From contig CAYXZM010000031.1 of assembly GCA_964469615.1 (NCBI GenBank), forward strand, positions 20,306 through 84,305: a DNA stretch of 64,000 bases. The letters run 5' to 3'. The DNA comes from an uncultured Candidatus Bathyarchaeia archaeon (GTDB lineage: Archaea; Thermoproteota; Bathyarchaeia; Bathyarchaeales; Bathycorpusculaceae). A program made the translations under genes and the position numbers. Below the pieces are notes generated by a model that ran no database searches, had not been told where the DNA came from, and saw only the letters and a program-made list of their open reading frames with translations. This document shows positions 46,839 to 56,595 of this stretch, piece by piece (the first letter of the stretch is position 1; the number at the start of each line of letters is the position of its first letter).

Positions 46839-47462
46839 TTACCCGCTAAGGACTTTTCGCTTTACTGCGCCTCTCGGTTTCTCTTCTTCAAAAATTATGG
46901 CTTGAAACTTGTAAATTTTTGTGCCATTTAAAAGCCAGTTATCTGGAGGCAGACCAGCCTTAATGCAGCATTGGCACAAAAATTCCTCTTCATTCCATTT
47001 ACATTCAACCGGCACTTGAGGCAGAAGCAAGCCTTTATACACGCCTCTCTCAACGATTAATCCGTCTTTTCCTACTTTGATTTTTTCTGGATATTCACTT
47101 GATTTTTTGGCTTCAACTTGTTGCGGTGGTGTTAACACACTTACTTCAAAAACTACATTGTCAAGTTCATTTAAGGAAAGTGGATAGAAGCGTGGGTCTT
47201 GGGTTGCTGAGCTTATAGCGGATTCAACAACTGCTTCAGCTAATGGTGTAATAGGATAGGGATATCCAATGCATCCTCTCAGTTCTTTTTCTTTGTCTGT
47301 TATGATGTTTATTGTAACGAAGACACCGCAGAGTTGCAAGAGTTTTTTGGGAATGTTGCTTGGAACATTAATTCTCCTCTTATTCTCCAGATATTCTTTC
47401 ACTGCTTTACGAGCAAGCTCAACTAAAAATTTTCCTTCCTCCAAGCTTAATTCAAACGACAA
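46839..47462 (-). CDS. AMMECR1-domain protein
   Basis: LRGCIGYPYP and DPRF, with an about 200-aa length, are characteristic of AMMECR1. Confidence 0.85.
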   Translation of the reverse strand: MSFELSLEEGKFLVELARKAVKEYLENKRRINVPSNIPKKLLQLCGVFVTINIITDKEKELRGCIGYPYPITPLAEAVVESAISSATQDPRFYPLSLNELDNVVFEVSVLTPPQQVEAKKSSEYPEKIKVGKDGLIVERGVYKGLLLPQVPVECKWNEEEFLCQCCIKAGLPPDNWLLNGTKIYKFQAIIFEEEKPRGAVKRKVLSG

Positions 47463-47540
47463 TTTATGTTCTCCACCACTCTACACAGTAACAGTTTGTA
47501 ATGAAGCGATTAATGTTTAAAATTTTTACGAAGGTTTGTT

Positions 47541-48170
47541 TTAGAATTTTATTGACTCTTCCTTTATTCCATCCTTTGTTATCAGCAGAAAATCTATACC
47601 ATCACCGCTCATTATGTCTCTACTTATGGCAGATTTTATTGATCTGGTAACCAAGTCTTTTGCTTCTTCCATGGTTAAATCTTCTCTATAGCCTTCCTCA
47701 AGTACTCCCATGGCTATTTCTGTACCAGAACCTACAGCAGCATACTTGTCAGGTATCACTGAGCCTAAGATGTCAAGTACATAAAGCGATGCTCCTTCAT
47801 CATCTATTCCGCCGACAATCGTCTGAGTTATCAATGGCGCTAATCGACGTGTGAAGAGCAGGTTTGACATAAGTTTCGCTGCTGATCTGACAGAAATTGA
47901 TCTACCCACATCTAAGCCAAACAAGTTCGCATAGGCTTCCATTTCTCTCACTAAGATTTGCATGTCAGAGACAAGCCCAGCACATGCTGCTCCAATGTGA
48001 TCAGTTATTTGAAAAACCTTCTTGCCACCCTTACTAACAACAAGGTATCCATAAGAAACACGTTTTTCAGAGGCTAAAATAACGCCTTCCTTGCACACCA
48101 CACCGACAGTTGTTGCACCTGGAATCCAGAGGTATCCAGCTTGTTGACTTTGTTTTTCCATGTGATTCAC
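47541..48170 (-). CDS. psmB: proteasome beta subunit
   Basis: Propeptide followed by TTVGVVCKEGVILASEKR (N-terminal Thr nucleophile context), and later GSGTEIAMG. Confidence 0.9.
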   Translation of the reverse strand: MNHMEKQSQQAGYLWIPGATTVGVVCKEGVILASEKRVSYGYLVVSKGGKKVFQITDHIGAACAGLVSDMQILVREMEAYANLFGLDVGRSISVRSAAKLMSNLLFTRRLAPLITQTIVGGIDDEGASLYVLDILGSVIPDKYAAVGSGTEIAMGVLEEGYREDLTMEEAKDLVTRSIKSAISRDIMSGDGIDFLLITKDGIKEESIKF

Positions 48171-48221
48171 CTTTCTTTCGTGATATACGCAAGCAACCTA
48201 TTAAACTTAATCATGAAGCAC

Positions 48222-49499
48222 CTAGATTTCAATAGTTGTAATGCCTAAAAAATCATTCAGCATTTTCAACTTGTCTCTGTAATCACCATAAATCATAACA
48301 TGATGGTTTCCTGATGTTTTATGAATGAATTCTTTGGGATTTTTGATTTTCACTTTAACTTTCACTCTGCAATATTCATCTGAGTCTGTGCAATCTACAA
48401 TGCTTCCTCTTGCGAGCACCATGTTCTTCAAATCGCCACTTAGACGACAAATCGTGACCCTTTTGCCTACTTCCATTTTTACAAACGCCGTCACACTGCC
48501 AGTGAATTTTTCTTTATGATAGTGTCTTAACGTGTAAGGCGCTGGTTTTGCATGATACCCTTTCATCTTTTTTGGGCATACGCAGTGACTGATGATTAAT
48601 GTTTTGTCGGTTGTGTCAATAAAGGTGTTGTCCATGAAGCAAGGCTTATTAGCAATATAATTGAGCATAATCATCGATAACAGAGAGATAATGTCAGCTT
48701 CACAAGCAGAAGGTATTCCTTCATCCCTCAAGTTGGTATAGGCAAAGCAAGGAACTGGTAACGGACTCTCACCATAAGCCATAGTTATAGCTTGAGCATT
48801 TTTTTCTTTCAAAAGGTTCTTCATAACAAGGTATAATTTTGCAACAACAATCAAGTCTTTTTCTTCTGGTTCTACAATTTTTTCAGCGTTCTTCATCCAG
48901 TTTTTTACTAAAGTTTTAGCATTCTCTGTCTTAGTTTTTTCCCATCTTTTTATTACATCTACACTTTCTACGTATTCTAGCTCTATTCCAAATTTTTCTT
49001 TGATAGCTTCGCGACCACCAGAAATTCTGCAAAGAAATTTTTCCCAGTGGGGAAAGTCTGCGTTTAGAATCAGTATCTTTGTTTGCTCCAACTTTTTCTT
49101 TGCCGATATAACTTCCAAATAGTTGTTTAAGTCATGGTAATCGATGGCAACCCATGTTTTTTCTCTTGGATAAATATATTCTAAAGCGTCTAGTGGGTTG
49201 TTGACCATTCCTTCTACGTTGAAAAGGATTATGGGAAAATTAAGCTTTGATATATTAACTATGCAGTTGCCCAGACCTAGGTGAGGCTTGTATAGGAGAA
49301 TTGTGTCAGCTTTTGCTAAGTGTTCTTTTAAGAGTTTAATATCCTCTTCTTCATTGATAACAATGCCCTTTAATATTTCAACATCCACATTCAAGTTTTT
49401 CTTAAGCTGTTTAAGCTTTTCATCCATAAAATTCTCAGCAATTTGCCCTTTCCTGCAGACCAAAACTGGAAGGATTCTAAGCTTTAATTGAGGATGCAT
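48222..49499 (-). CDS. L-fucose/L-arabinose isomerase-family-like protein (COG2407-like)
   Basis: GIPSACEADIISLL, ISHCVC and SGNHHVMIYGDYRDKL resemble the FucI-like family C-terminal half. By eye only. Confidence 0.5.
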   Translation of the reverse strand: MHPQLKLRILPVLVCRKGQIAENFMDEKLKQLKKNLNVDVEILKGIVINEEEDIKLLKEHLAKADTILLYKPHLGLGNCIVNISKLNFPIILFNVEGMVNNPLDALEYIYPREKTWVAIDYHDLNNYLEVISAKKKLEQTKILILNADFPHWEKFLCRISGGREAIKEKFGIELEYVESVDVIKRWEKTKTENAKTLVKNWMKNAEKIVEPEEKDLIVVAKLYLVMKNLLKEKNAQAITMAYGESPLPVPCFAYTNLRDEGIPSACEADIISLLSMIMLNYIANKPCFMDNTFIDTTDKTLIISHCVCPKKMKGYHAKPAPYTLRHYHKEKFTGSVTAFVKMEVGKRVTICRLSGDLKNMVLARGSIVDCTDSDEYCRVKVKVKIKNPKEFIHKTSGNHHVMIYGDYRDKLKMLNDFLGITTIEI

Positions 49500-50184
49500 T
49501 TCGTTTTTCCTTCTTTTTTTGGTAATATTCCTCTAAGCTACCTTTCCAATTTTTGTATTTATATTCTGGTAGTTTCTTCACACGACATACTGGTTTGGCT
49601 ATTATCTCTTTAACCTCAAATTCGCTAAAGAAATCCCCACTATATGTGGATTTCACAAGGAGAGCTGTGTCTAATCCTTTATATGTACCGGCACATGCTA
49701 TGATTTCTTCACTTTCATCGACTTCTCCAGCGTCTGTTGCCATGATAGCCGCTTCTATTGCTATTTTTGTGCCTGCTCCGAACACTTCTAATGTCTTGTC
49801 AATAATTGCTTCAGGGGTTGGATAGTCCCAATTGATTGTTCGGGAGGGGGGAGCAAATGGTCTGATGCTTTGAACAATTTTCACTCCATTTTCTTCAAGC
49901 TTTTTCGAGTGTTCAGCATATTCTTTCCGCTTTAGTCCTATAGGAATTTTGCCTTTTGGTCCCCATGTTGTGGCAGGATAATGAGTTACAACAATGATGT
50001 GGATGTTTGTTCCCTTGAGCATGCTGAGGGCTTTTAGTGCGCTTCTTCCAGTTTCTGAGGCAATAACTACTTTGTTTATGTTTGTCTCTTCGCATCGCAA
50101 TTTGACAGCATTTAACAGTTTTTCAGTGTTTACTTCGCCACAATACTTGAAATATATTATTGTTCTTTCGATTTCTCCCGTCAT
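49477..50184 (-). CDS. pyruvate-kinase C-terminal (alpha/beta) domain-like protein
   Basis: An about 235-aa alpha/beta protein (VVIASETGRSALKAL...IIVVTH) resembling stand-alone PK_C-like proteins. Overlaps the downstream FucI-like gene by 23 nt. Confidence 0.45.
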   Translation of the reverse strand: MTGEIERTIIYFKYCGEVNTEKLLNAVKLRCEETNINKVVIASETGRSALKALSMLKGTNIHIIVVTHYPATTWGPKGKIPIGLKRKEYAEHSKKLEENGVKIVQSIRPFAPPSRTINWDYPTPEAIIDKTLEVFGAGTKIAIEAAIMATDAGEVDESEEIIACAGTYKGLDTALLVKSTYSGDFFSEFEVKEIIAKPVCRVKKLPEYKYKNWKGSLEEYYQKKKEKRNASSIKA

Positions 50185-50246
50185 TTTTATCCCATAGAGC
50201 TAAATACATTGGTATTCCTATAACGTTTTTCGGGGTTGAGTATAAG

Positions 50247-50855
50247 ATGATAAGTCTTTACACAAAGAATTTGGAAGGTGTCTGGTATGGAGTTGCCCAT
50301 CAAGGAGAAAAAATTTTTGCTACAACGTTTGCTTCAAGCGAAAAGAGGGCTTTACAAGGCTTGTTAAGAAGCATTCCTTTCAATGTTCAGTTTCAGCATT
50401 CGAAAGAGGCTTCTGCCTTTGCTGGACGTGTTTTAAAGGCTTTGAAGAATGTTTATGAGGGAAAAAGTGTTTCACAAAATTTCTCATTGGTAACGGAGCA
50501 CTTATCAAGCTATACGCGAATTATTTTAGAAATAACCCGTCGAATTCCCTTGGGATATGTGTCTTCATATGGCGCGATTGCTAAAGCTGTTGGTGGAAGC
50601 CCTAGAGCTGTTGGCGGTGTTATGGCTTCGAATCCCTTCGCTCCAATTGTTCCATGTCACAGAGTGGTTAGTTCAGATTTTACTTTGGGAGGTTATGGAG
50701 GCGGGTATGGTGAAGGCTTGAAAGTGAAGCTTGCCTTCCTGAAACGCGAAAAGCAAGGTTACACTTCTAACCGAGAAATTTCAGTGAATGACAAAAAATT
50801 GCAAGTGTTTCCAGTAGAGCTTGTTTTAAAAAGGGTAGAAAAGGGTAAATGTTAA
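50247..50855 (+). CDS. ogt: methylated-DNA-protein-cysteine methyltransferase (Ogt/MGMT)
   Basis: Active site IVPCHRVV and the HTH-like SYGAIAKAVGGSPRAVG. The track start 50160 lies antisense within the neighbouring gene, so ATG 50247 (MISLYTKN) is preferred. Confidence 0.8.
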   Translation: MISLYTKNLEGVWYGVAHQGEKIFATTFASSEKRALQGLLRSIPFNVQFQHSKEASAFAGRVLKALKNVYEGKSVSQNFSLVTEHLSSYTRIILEITRRIPLGYVSSYGAIAKAVGGSPRAVGGVMASNPFAPIVPCHRVVSSDFTLGGYGGGYGEGLKVKLAFLKREKQGYTSNREISVNDKKLQVFPVELVLKRVEKGKC

Positions 50856-50893
50856 TTCTGTTAGCATGTATTAGCATACACGAGAGGATTTAG

Positions 50894-51418
50894 ATGGATA
50901 CACGGGGGCTTTTTGTAGGTAGGTTTCAACCCTTTCATTCAGGACATCTTGGAGCGATAAAAGATATTTTGAAAGAAGTTAAAGAACTTGTAATCGTTAT
51001 CGGTAGTGCTCAATACAGCCATAACATTAATAACCCATTCACTGCAGGCGAAAGGTTGACTATGATTCGTAAGGCTCTGGATGAAGCAAACATAGATTGT
51101 TCTCGGGTTTGGGTTGTACCCGTGCCTGACGTGCATTTACATATGATGTGGGTTTCCGCTGTTGAGGGTTATACACCATCTTTTAATGTTGTTTATTCAA
51201 ATGAGCCGTTAACATGTAGGCTTTTCATGGAAGCAGGATACAAAGTCAAAGCAATTCGTTTTCATGAACGGAAACTTTACTCTTCAACCAAGATACGAGA
51301 AAGAATGCTTAAGGATGAGAGTTGGGAGAAGCTTGTTCCAAAAAGTGTGGCTGCATTTATCAAAGAAATCGACGGTGTTAATAGGCTTAGAGACTTGAAT
51401 AAGAGTGATAAAGCATAA
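50894..51418 (+). CDS. nadM: archaeal nicotinamide-nucleotide adenylyltransferase
   Basis: GLFVGRFQPFHSGHL ((H/T)xGH motif) and SSTKIR, with an about 170-aa length. Confidence 0.85.
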   Translation: MDTRGLFVGRFQPFHSGHLGAIKDILKEVKELVIVIGSAQYSHNINNPFTAGERLTMIRKALDEANIDCSRVWVVPVPDVHLHMMWVSAVEGYTPSFNVVYSNEPLTCRLFMEAGYKVKAIRFHERKLYSSTKIRERMLKDESWEKLVPKSVAAFIKEIDGVNRLRDLNKSDKA

Positions 51419-51821
51419 TTTTCCAATAAACCATGCTGAAAGAATTAATTCTACTATTGGTGTAGTATGATAACATTCAACATGAAGCTAAAAATTCCTC
51501 TTTGTGTAGGTTATTAACAAACGCAATTAGGACTGTTCAGAGTATAAACGTGATAATTTTGGAATGGTTGGTGGTGTTCCAACAATCCATTCTTCCAATT
51601 TTTGGTGTTTACTGAGGTCTAGAACAGCAATTTTTAACTATTTTCCGTGCTTCCTTTAAAACCCTTGAGGGTTATGCCTTAAAAAAAAACAACGTAATGC
51701 TATATTTTGGGTATATTAGAGATTTTGCGAATGACATTTCATCGTAAGGTTAAATAGTTGATTTAAGGCTAAAGTTAGAAGGCAAAAAAGCAGATTATGA
51801 GCAATTGTCGCGTGTGAAAAA

Positions 51822-53111
51822 ATGTTGGATATTAAACTCATTCGCGAAAATTCAGAGTTAGTAAAAAACAATTTAATGAAGAGAGGCAATCCTGAAAACT
51901 TGAAGATGCTTGAAGAACTGATTGATTATGACAAAAAATGGCGGCTGCATTTAACAAAGTTGAATGAACTTCGCCATGAAAGAAGACTAATAACAATGGA
52001 AATTGCAGCGTTAAAAAAGAAGGGAAAAGAAGCTAATAAAGAACTTTCAAAGGCAAAAGCCATCGATACAAAGATTGCAATGTTGGAAAAGCAAGTCAAT
52101 GAATGTGAAGAGAAAGTGCATTATTATCTTATGCGCTTGCCCAATCTACTGCATGAATCAGTTCCGATAGGCAAAGATGAAAACGATAATGTTCCCATTA
52201 AAACTTGGGGGGAAATTCCCAAATTTAGCTTTACACCCAAAGACCACATAGATTTAGCCTTGAGCCTAGACATTATGGATATTGAAAGGGCTGGAAAAAT
52301 TGCTGGTGCAAGATTCTTTTACTTGAAAAGCGAAGGCGTTTTGCTTGACATGTCTCTGATGAGTTTTGCAGTGGAAGAAATGATTAAAAAAGGCTACAAA
52401 CCAGTTGAACCACCTTTTCTTATGAGACGGAAACCCTATGAAGGTGTCATAGCCCTAAGCGATTTCGAAGATGTATTGTACAAAATAGAAAAAGAAGATC
52501 TTTATTTAATTGCAACTTCGGAGCATCCTATGGCAGCTATGTTTATGGATGAAGTGTTCAAGGCTGATGATTTACCACTCAAGCTTGTAGGCGTAAGCAC
52601 AAATTTTAGGAAGGAAGCTGGAGCACATGGGAAAGACACGCGTGGAATCTTTCGAACACACCAATTTAACAAAATTGAACAATTTATTTTCTGCAAACCT
52701 GAGGATTCGTGGAAAATGCATGAAGAGCTCATAGAGAATGCTGAAGCCCTTGTTCAAAAACTAGGCTTGCCATATCGGGTTGTTAATGTTTGTACGGGTG
52801 ACATTGGAACGGTTGCTGCCAAAAAATATGACGTAGAGGCATGGATGCCAGCGCAAAATGCGTATAAAGAAATAATTTCATGTAGTAACTGCATAGAGTA
52901 TCAAGCCAGAAGATTAAACATAAAATACAGAGAAAAAGAAGGTGAAGCTCCTAAGGGATTTGTGCATACATTGAATTCTACAGCATTAGCTACTGGCAGA
53001 ACAATTGTTGCAATATTAGAGAATTACCAGCAAGAAGATGGTTCTGTTGTAGTTCCTGATGTCTTGCGAAAATACATGGGTGGCATTGAGAAAATGAAGC
53101 CGAAACGGTAA
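51822..53111 (+). CDS. serS: seryl-tRNA synthetase
   Basis: N-terminal coiled-coil arm. Class II motifs FRKEAGAHGKDTRGIFRTHQFNKIEQF and GFVHTLNSTALATGRTIVAILENYQ. Confidence 0.95.
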   Translation: MLDIKLIRENSELVKNNLMKRGNPENLKMLEELIDYDKKWRLHLTKLNELRHERRLITMEIAALKKKGKEANKELSKAKAIDTKIAMLEKQVNECEEKVHYYLMRLPNLLHESVPIGKDENDNVPIKTWGEIPKFSFTPKDHIDLALSLDIMDIERAGKIAGARFFYLKSEGVLLDMSLMSFAVEEMIKKGYKPVEPPFLMRRKPYEGVIALSDFEDVLYKIEKEDLYLIATSEHPMAAMFMDEVFKADDLPLKLVGVSTNFRKEAGAHGKDTRGIFRTHQFNKIEQFIFCKPEDSWKMHEELIENAEALVQKLGLPYRVVNVCTGDIGTVAAKKYDVEAWMPAQNAYKEIISCSNCIEYQARRLNIKYREKEGEAPKGFVHTLNSTALATGRTIVAILENYQQEDGSVVVPDVLRKYMGGIEKMKPKR

Positions 53112-53161
53112 AACTTTTAATACTTTGATGCAGATTTTCAAGCTACATTTGGAGGATTAAA

Positions 53162-53770
53162 GTGTCTTCAAAAACAAAGCGTGTAAGAGATAAGTGGAGA
53201 AGCAAATCATGGTACACAGTCGTAGCCCCATCCTATTTCGGGAATGTCGAGTTAGGAGCTGTGCCAGCCGATGAGCCAGAGAAAATTATTGGGAGAGTGG
53301 TTGATGCAACACTGTATGATGTTACAAATGATTTTGCGCATCAATACTTGAAAATGTATTTCCAAATAACAGAAATTGATGGCAAAACTGCTAAAACTAC
53401 TTTTAAGGGGCATGAATACTCCCGTGATTATCTGCGAAGTCTAGTTAGAAGACGAACAACAAAAGTTGATGGACTTTTTAATTTAACTACAAAAGACGGA
53501 TACAAACTGCGGGTTGCTATATCAGCTTTTTCGCTTTCTAGAATTAGAACATCACAAGAGAAAGAAATACGCGCTATTATGGAAAGAATTATTAAAGAAA
53601 AGGCTTCAGCTCTAACGCTGGATCAATTGGCACAAGAAATAGTTCTTGGAAAAATAGCGTCTGATATTTATAACGAAGCCAAAAAAATAGCTCCATTACG
53701 ACATGTCGGTATTAGAAAATCCAAGCTAGTAACGCAATTGGCACAACTCTCAGCGCAAAAGGCGGGATAA
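53162..53770 (+). CDS. rps3ae: 30S ribosomal protein S3Ae (eS1)
   Basis: DKWRSKSWYTVVAPSYFG and FKGHEYSRDYLRSLVRRRTTKVD. Confidence 0.95.
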   Translation: MSSKTKRVRDKWRSKSWYTVVAPSYFGNVELGAVPADEPEKIIGRVVDATLYDVTNDFAHQYLKMYFQITEIDGKTAKTTFKGHEYSRDYLRSLVRRRTTKVDGLFNLTTKDGYKLRVAISAFSLSRIRTSQEKEIRAIMERIIKEKASALTLDQLAQEIVLGKIASDIYNEAKKIAPLRHVGIRKSKLVTQLAQLSAQKAG

Positions 53771-54316
53771 ATTGCTTTTTAAAAGATTGTCAGCGTATTC
53801 ATAACCTTTTTCAAAAGCTATCAAATTCAATTCTTCTGTTCCTTTTGGTATATTCGCCTTAACTGATTCTTTGACAGCGTCTTTATCCAATATTTTTGTG
53901 ATGGCAACAAAGGCTCCCAACATCACTATGTTCGCAACAATTTTTCTCCCAAGCTCTTCTGCAATCTTTGTGGCAGGTATCCTAAAAACTCTAACGCTTG
54001 TTAAATCTTTTTCATTAGGAATCATGTCCGGGTCCATGATAATTATCCCATCCGCTTTAACATCTTCTGCATAGTCATTGTAGGCATGTTGAGACATCAC
54101 AATCAATATGTCTGGTTCAACCACTTTAGGAAAATCTATTTCCTCTTCGGATATTACAACTTCAGACTTACATGCCCCACCTCTTGACTCTGGACCGTAA
54201 GACTGTGTTTGAACAGCGCTTTTTCCACTGTAAATACAAGCAGCCGCAGCCGTTATTATTCCAGATCTAATTATTCCCTGCCCGCCGAAACCCGCAAATC
54301 TAATTTCAATCCGCAT
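53750..54316 (-). CDS. 2-oxoacid:ferredoxin oxidoreductase, gamma subunit
   Basis: MRIEIRFAGFGGQGII...SYGPESRGGA is the canonical gamma-subunit signature. ATG 54316 lies 7 nt after the beta stop. The 3' end overlaps rps3ae convergently by 21 nt. Confidence 0.85.
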   Translation of the reverse strand: MRIEIRFAGFGGQGIIRSGIITAAAACIYSGKSAVQTQSYGPESRGGACKSEVVISEEEIDFPKVVEPDILIVMSQHAYNDYAEDVKADGIIIMDPDMIPNEKDLTSVRVFRIPATKIAEELGRKIVANIVMLGAFVAITKILDKDAVKESVKANIPKGTEELNLIAFEKGYEYADNLLKSNLSRLLR

Positions 54317-54323
54317 GTCAGAC

Positions 54324-55163
54324 TCACCATTCCACTGTTTTCTCGTTAATCTGAGCCAATTTCTCATGGAAGAATTTTTCGTAGCTTACCCTTTTAATAT
54401 TCACAAATTCGCCCACAACAATTCTCTCTGAATTGATCTCTGCCTTTGACGGATCAGAAAAGTTCTCTATCACAGAAGCTCTTTTAAACCAGTCCATCAT
54501 TTCCAGTCCAGTTCGCATTTTGTTGTTCCTACCAAAAATTTCGGGGCAAGGTGAAACTACCTCGATGAAGCAAAAGCCTTCTTTTTCCAGCATCCTCTTA
54601 ATAGACTGTGTTAATCTTCGCACATGCAATGTTGTCCATCTGGCCACATAAGTTGCACCAGAAGCAGCTGCCAAATGAACGAGGTTAAACGGATGCTCAA
54701 TATTGCCATAGGGTGTGGTAGTTGTTAATGATTCAAGAGGTGTTGTAGGACCTTGCTGGCCGCCTGTCATTCCATAGTTGAAGTTGTTTGCGCATATTAC
54801 TTTGATTCCTATGTTTCTTCGGGCTGCATGTATGAAGTGATTGCCTCCTATTGCGAAAAGGTCGCCGTCTCCGCTTATGACGACTACTTCTAATTCTGGA
54901 TTTGCCAATTTCACTCCTGTGGCGAAGGGGATTGCTCTTCCATGTGTGGTGTGGAAGGAATCTGCGTTTGTGTATCCTGCTGTGCGCCCAATACAACCTA
55001 TACCTGAAACAACCACTAATTTATCTAAATCTTTTTGCAACTCATCTAGTGCGTGAACGAAGCAATTCAGCACAACGCCATTACCACAACCGGAACACCA
55101 AATATGAGGAATCATTGCGGAACGCAAATATTTCGAAAGAGGATGCACAATTTCCTGAACCAT
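54324..55163 (-). CDS. 2-oxoacid:ferredoxin oxidoreductase, beta (TPP-binding) subunit
   Basis: WCSGCGNG, VVSGIGC, GDGDLFAIGGNHFIHAARRN, NNFNYGMTGGQ. Confidence 0.9.
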   Translation of the reverse strand: MVQEIVHPLSKYLRSAMIPHIWCSGCGNGVVLNCFVHALDELQKDLDKLVVVSGIGCIGRTAGYTNADSFHTTHGRAIPFATGVKLANPELEVVVISGDGDLFAIGGNHFIHAARRNIGIKVICANNFNYGMTGGQQGPTTPLESLTTTTPYGNIEHPFNLVHLAAASGATYVARWTTLHVRRLTQSIKRMLEKEGFCFIEVVSPCPEIFGRNNKMRTGLEMMDWFKRASVIENFSDPSKAEINSERIVVGEFVNIKRVSYEKFFHEKLAQINEKTVEW

Positions 55164-56314
55164 TACACGTTCCTCCTGATCAACTCAAAAATCTCCTTCG
55201 GAGTATGCGGATCTTCACCCAACTTCGAAAGAAAAGCCACAGGAGTTGTTTTGGCGGCTCTTTCAACTTCGCGAACCATCTGTCCACAATTCATTTCTGG
55301 AACAACTATTGCCTTCGCTTCCTTCGCCACTTTCGCGACAATTCTTTCTGGGAAAGGCCAAAGCGTGATTAAGCGCAACAGTCCTGCTTTTATTCCAGTT
55401 TCTCTTGCTTTCTTTACTGCGCTTAAAGCAGCTCTTGCAACTATTCCATAGGCAACAACTGCAACATCTGCGTCTTCAAGCATCACTCCTTCAACCTTTA
55501 TAATTTTATCCTCATTTGTGCTTATTTTTTCACAAAGTCTTCTGACAAGTCTAGACTGAACCTCTGAACTTTGTGTTCTTGGATAACCATGCTCGTCATG
55601 AGTTAAGCCTGTGGCATGAAAACGATATCCCTCGCCAAAACAAGCCATCGAAGGAACTAAATCATCATCTGGCATGAAAGGACTATATCTACTAGGTGAA
55701 ACCTTTGGTTTTTTGCGATTTACTATTCTTATTTCTGATGCAGGAGGTATTACAACTTTTTCCCACATGTGCGCTACGATTTCATCTCCCATAAGCAGCG
55801 TTGGGACCCTGTAAGTTTCAGACAAATTGAACGCTTCAATTGTTAAGCTGAACATTTCTTGCACTGAGGAAGGTGACAATGCGATAATGGCATAATCTCC
55901 ATGAGAACCCCATTTCGCCTGCATTACATCTTGTTGCCCTGGCAATGTAGGCTGTCCAGTGCTAGGTCCTCCACGCATAATATCAACTATGACGCATGGA
56001 GTTTCTGTCATTGCAGCCAATCCTATGTTCTCTTGCATGAGACTAAAACCAGGTCCAGAAGTTGCTGTCATAGCTTTCAAGCCAGCATATGAAGCACCGA
56101 TTACTGCAGCCATAGATGCGATTTCGTCTTCCATTTGAATGTAGATTCCGCCAAATTCTGGCATTCTTTGGGATAGATGTTCAGCGATTTCTGTTGCAGG
56201 TGTTATTGGATACCCTGCGAAAAATCTGCAGCCACCAGCTATTGCTCCTTCTGCACATGCAATATCTCCACTCAAAAAGTGTGCACCAGCAGGAAGTGTT
56301 CCTTTTTTAATCAA
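55163..56314 (-). CDS. 2-oxoacid:ferredoxin oxidoreductase, alpha subunit
   Basis: GDIACAEGAIAGGCRFFAGYPITPATEI, ATSGPGFSLMQE, MRGGPSTGQPT. The TTG start overlaps the delta stop. Confidence 0.9.
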   Translation of the reverse strand: MIKKGTLPAGAHFLSGDIACAEGAIAGGCRFFAGYPITPATEIAEHLSQRMPEFGGIYIQMEDEIASMAAVIGASYAGLKAMTATSGPGFSLMQENIGLAAMTETPCVIVDIMRGGPSTGQPTLPGQQDVMQAKWGSHGDYAIIALSPSSVQEMFSLTIEAFNLSETYRVPTLLMGDEIVAHMWEKVVIPPASEIRIVNRKKPKVSPSRYSPFMPDDDLVPSMACFGEGYRFHATGLTHDEHGYPRTQSSEVQSRLVRRLCEKISTNEDKIIKVEGVMLEDADVAVVAYGIVARAALSAVKKARETGIKAGLLRLITLWPFPERIVAKVAKEAKAIVVPEMNCGQMVREVERAAKTTPVAFLSKLGEDPHTPKEIFELIRRNV

Positions 56315-56594
56315 GCTTCACATTCCTCCTTACATGGCTTTTCAAAGACAAAAATTGCGAAGTCCGGACAGACTGCAGTACAAAAACCGCATATAATACA
56401 TTTGCTTTCATCCACAATTTTTGGAGGATGAACTCCTCTTGCATTTATTTCCTGTGATTCTTCAAGAACCTTTTTTGGGCAGTATCGAATGCAGAAACCG
56501 CACCTTTACACTGGTCCTTAATTATGTGAATTTCAGCCTTAGGTTGTTTTATCTTTTTGCTTTCAAGTGGGGGATGCATGATTCTTTCAGGCAT
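56311..56594 (-). pseudogene. 2-oxoacid:ferredoxin oxidoreductase delta (2x[4Fe-4S] ferredoxin) subunit, interrupted by a 1-nt frameshift
   Basis: My translation is MPERIMHPPLESKKIKQPKAEIHIIKDQCKG, then a shift, then CGFCIRYCPKKVLEESQEINARGVHPPKIVDESKCIICGFCTAVCPDFAIFVFEKPCKEECEA. The sequence reads AAAGGTGCGGTTTCTGC where AAAGGTTGCGGTTTCTGC is expected, so one T is missing at about 56501/56502. The span is 284 nt, not a multiple of 3. Confidence 0.75.
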
Positions 56595-56595
56595 A

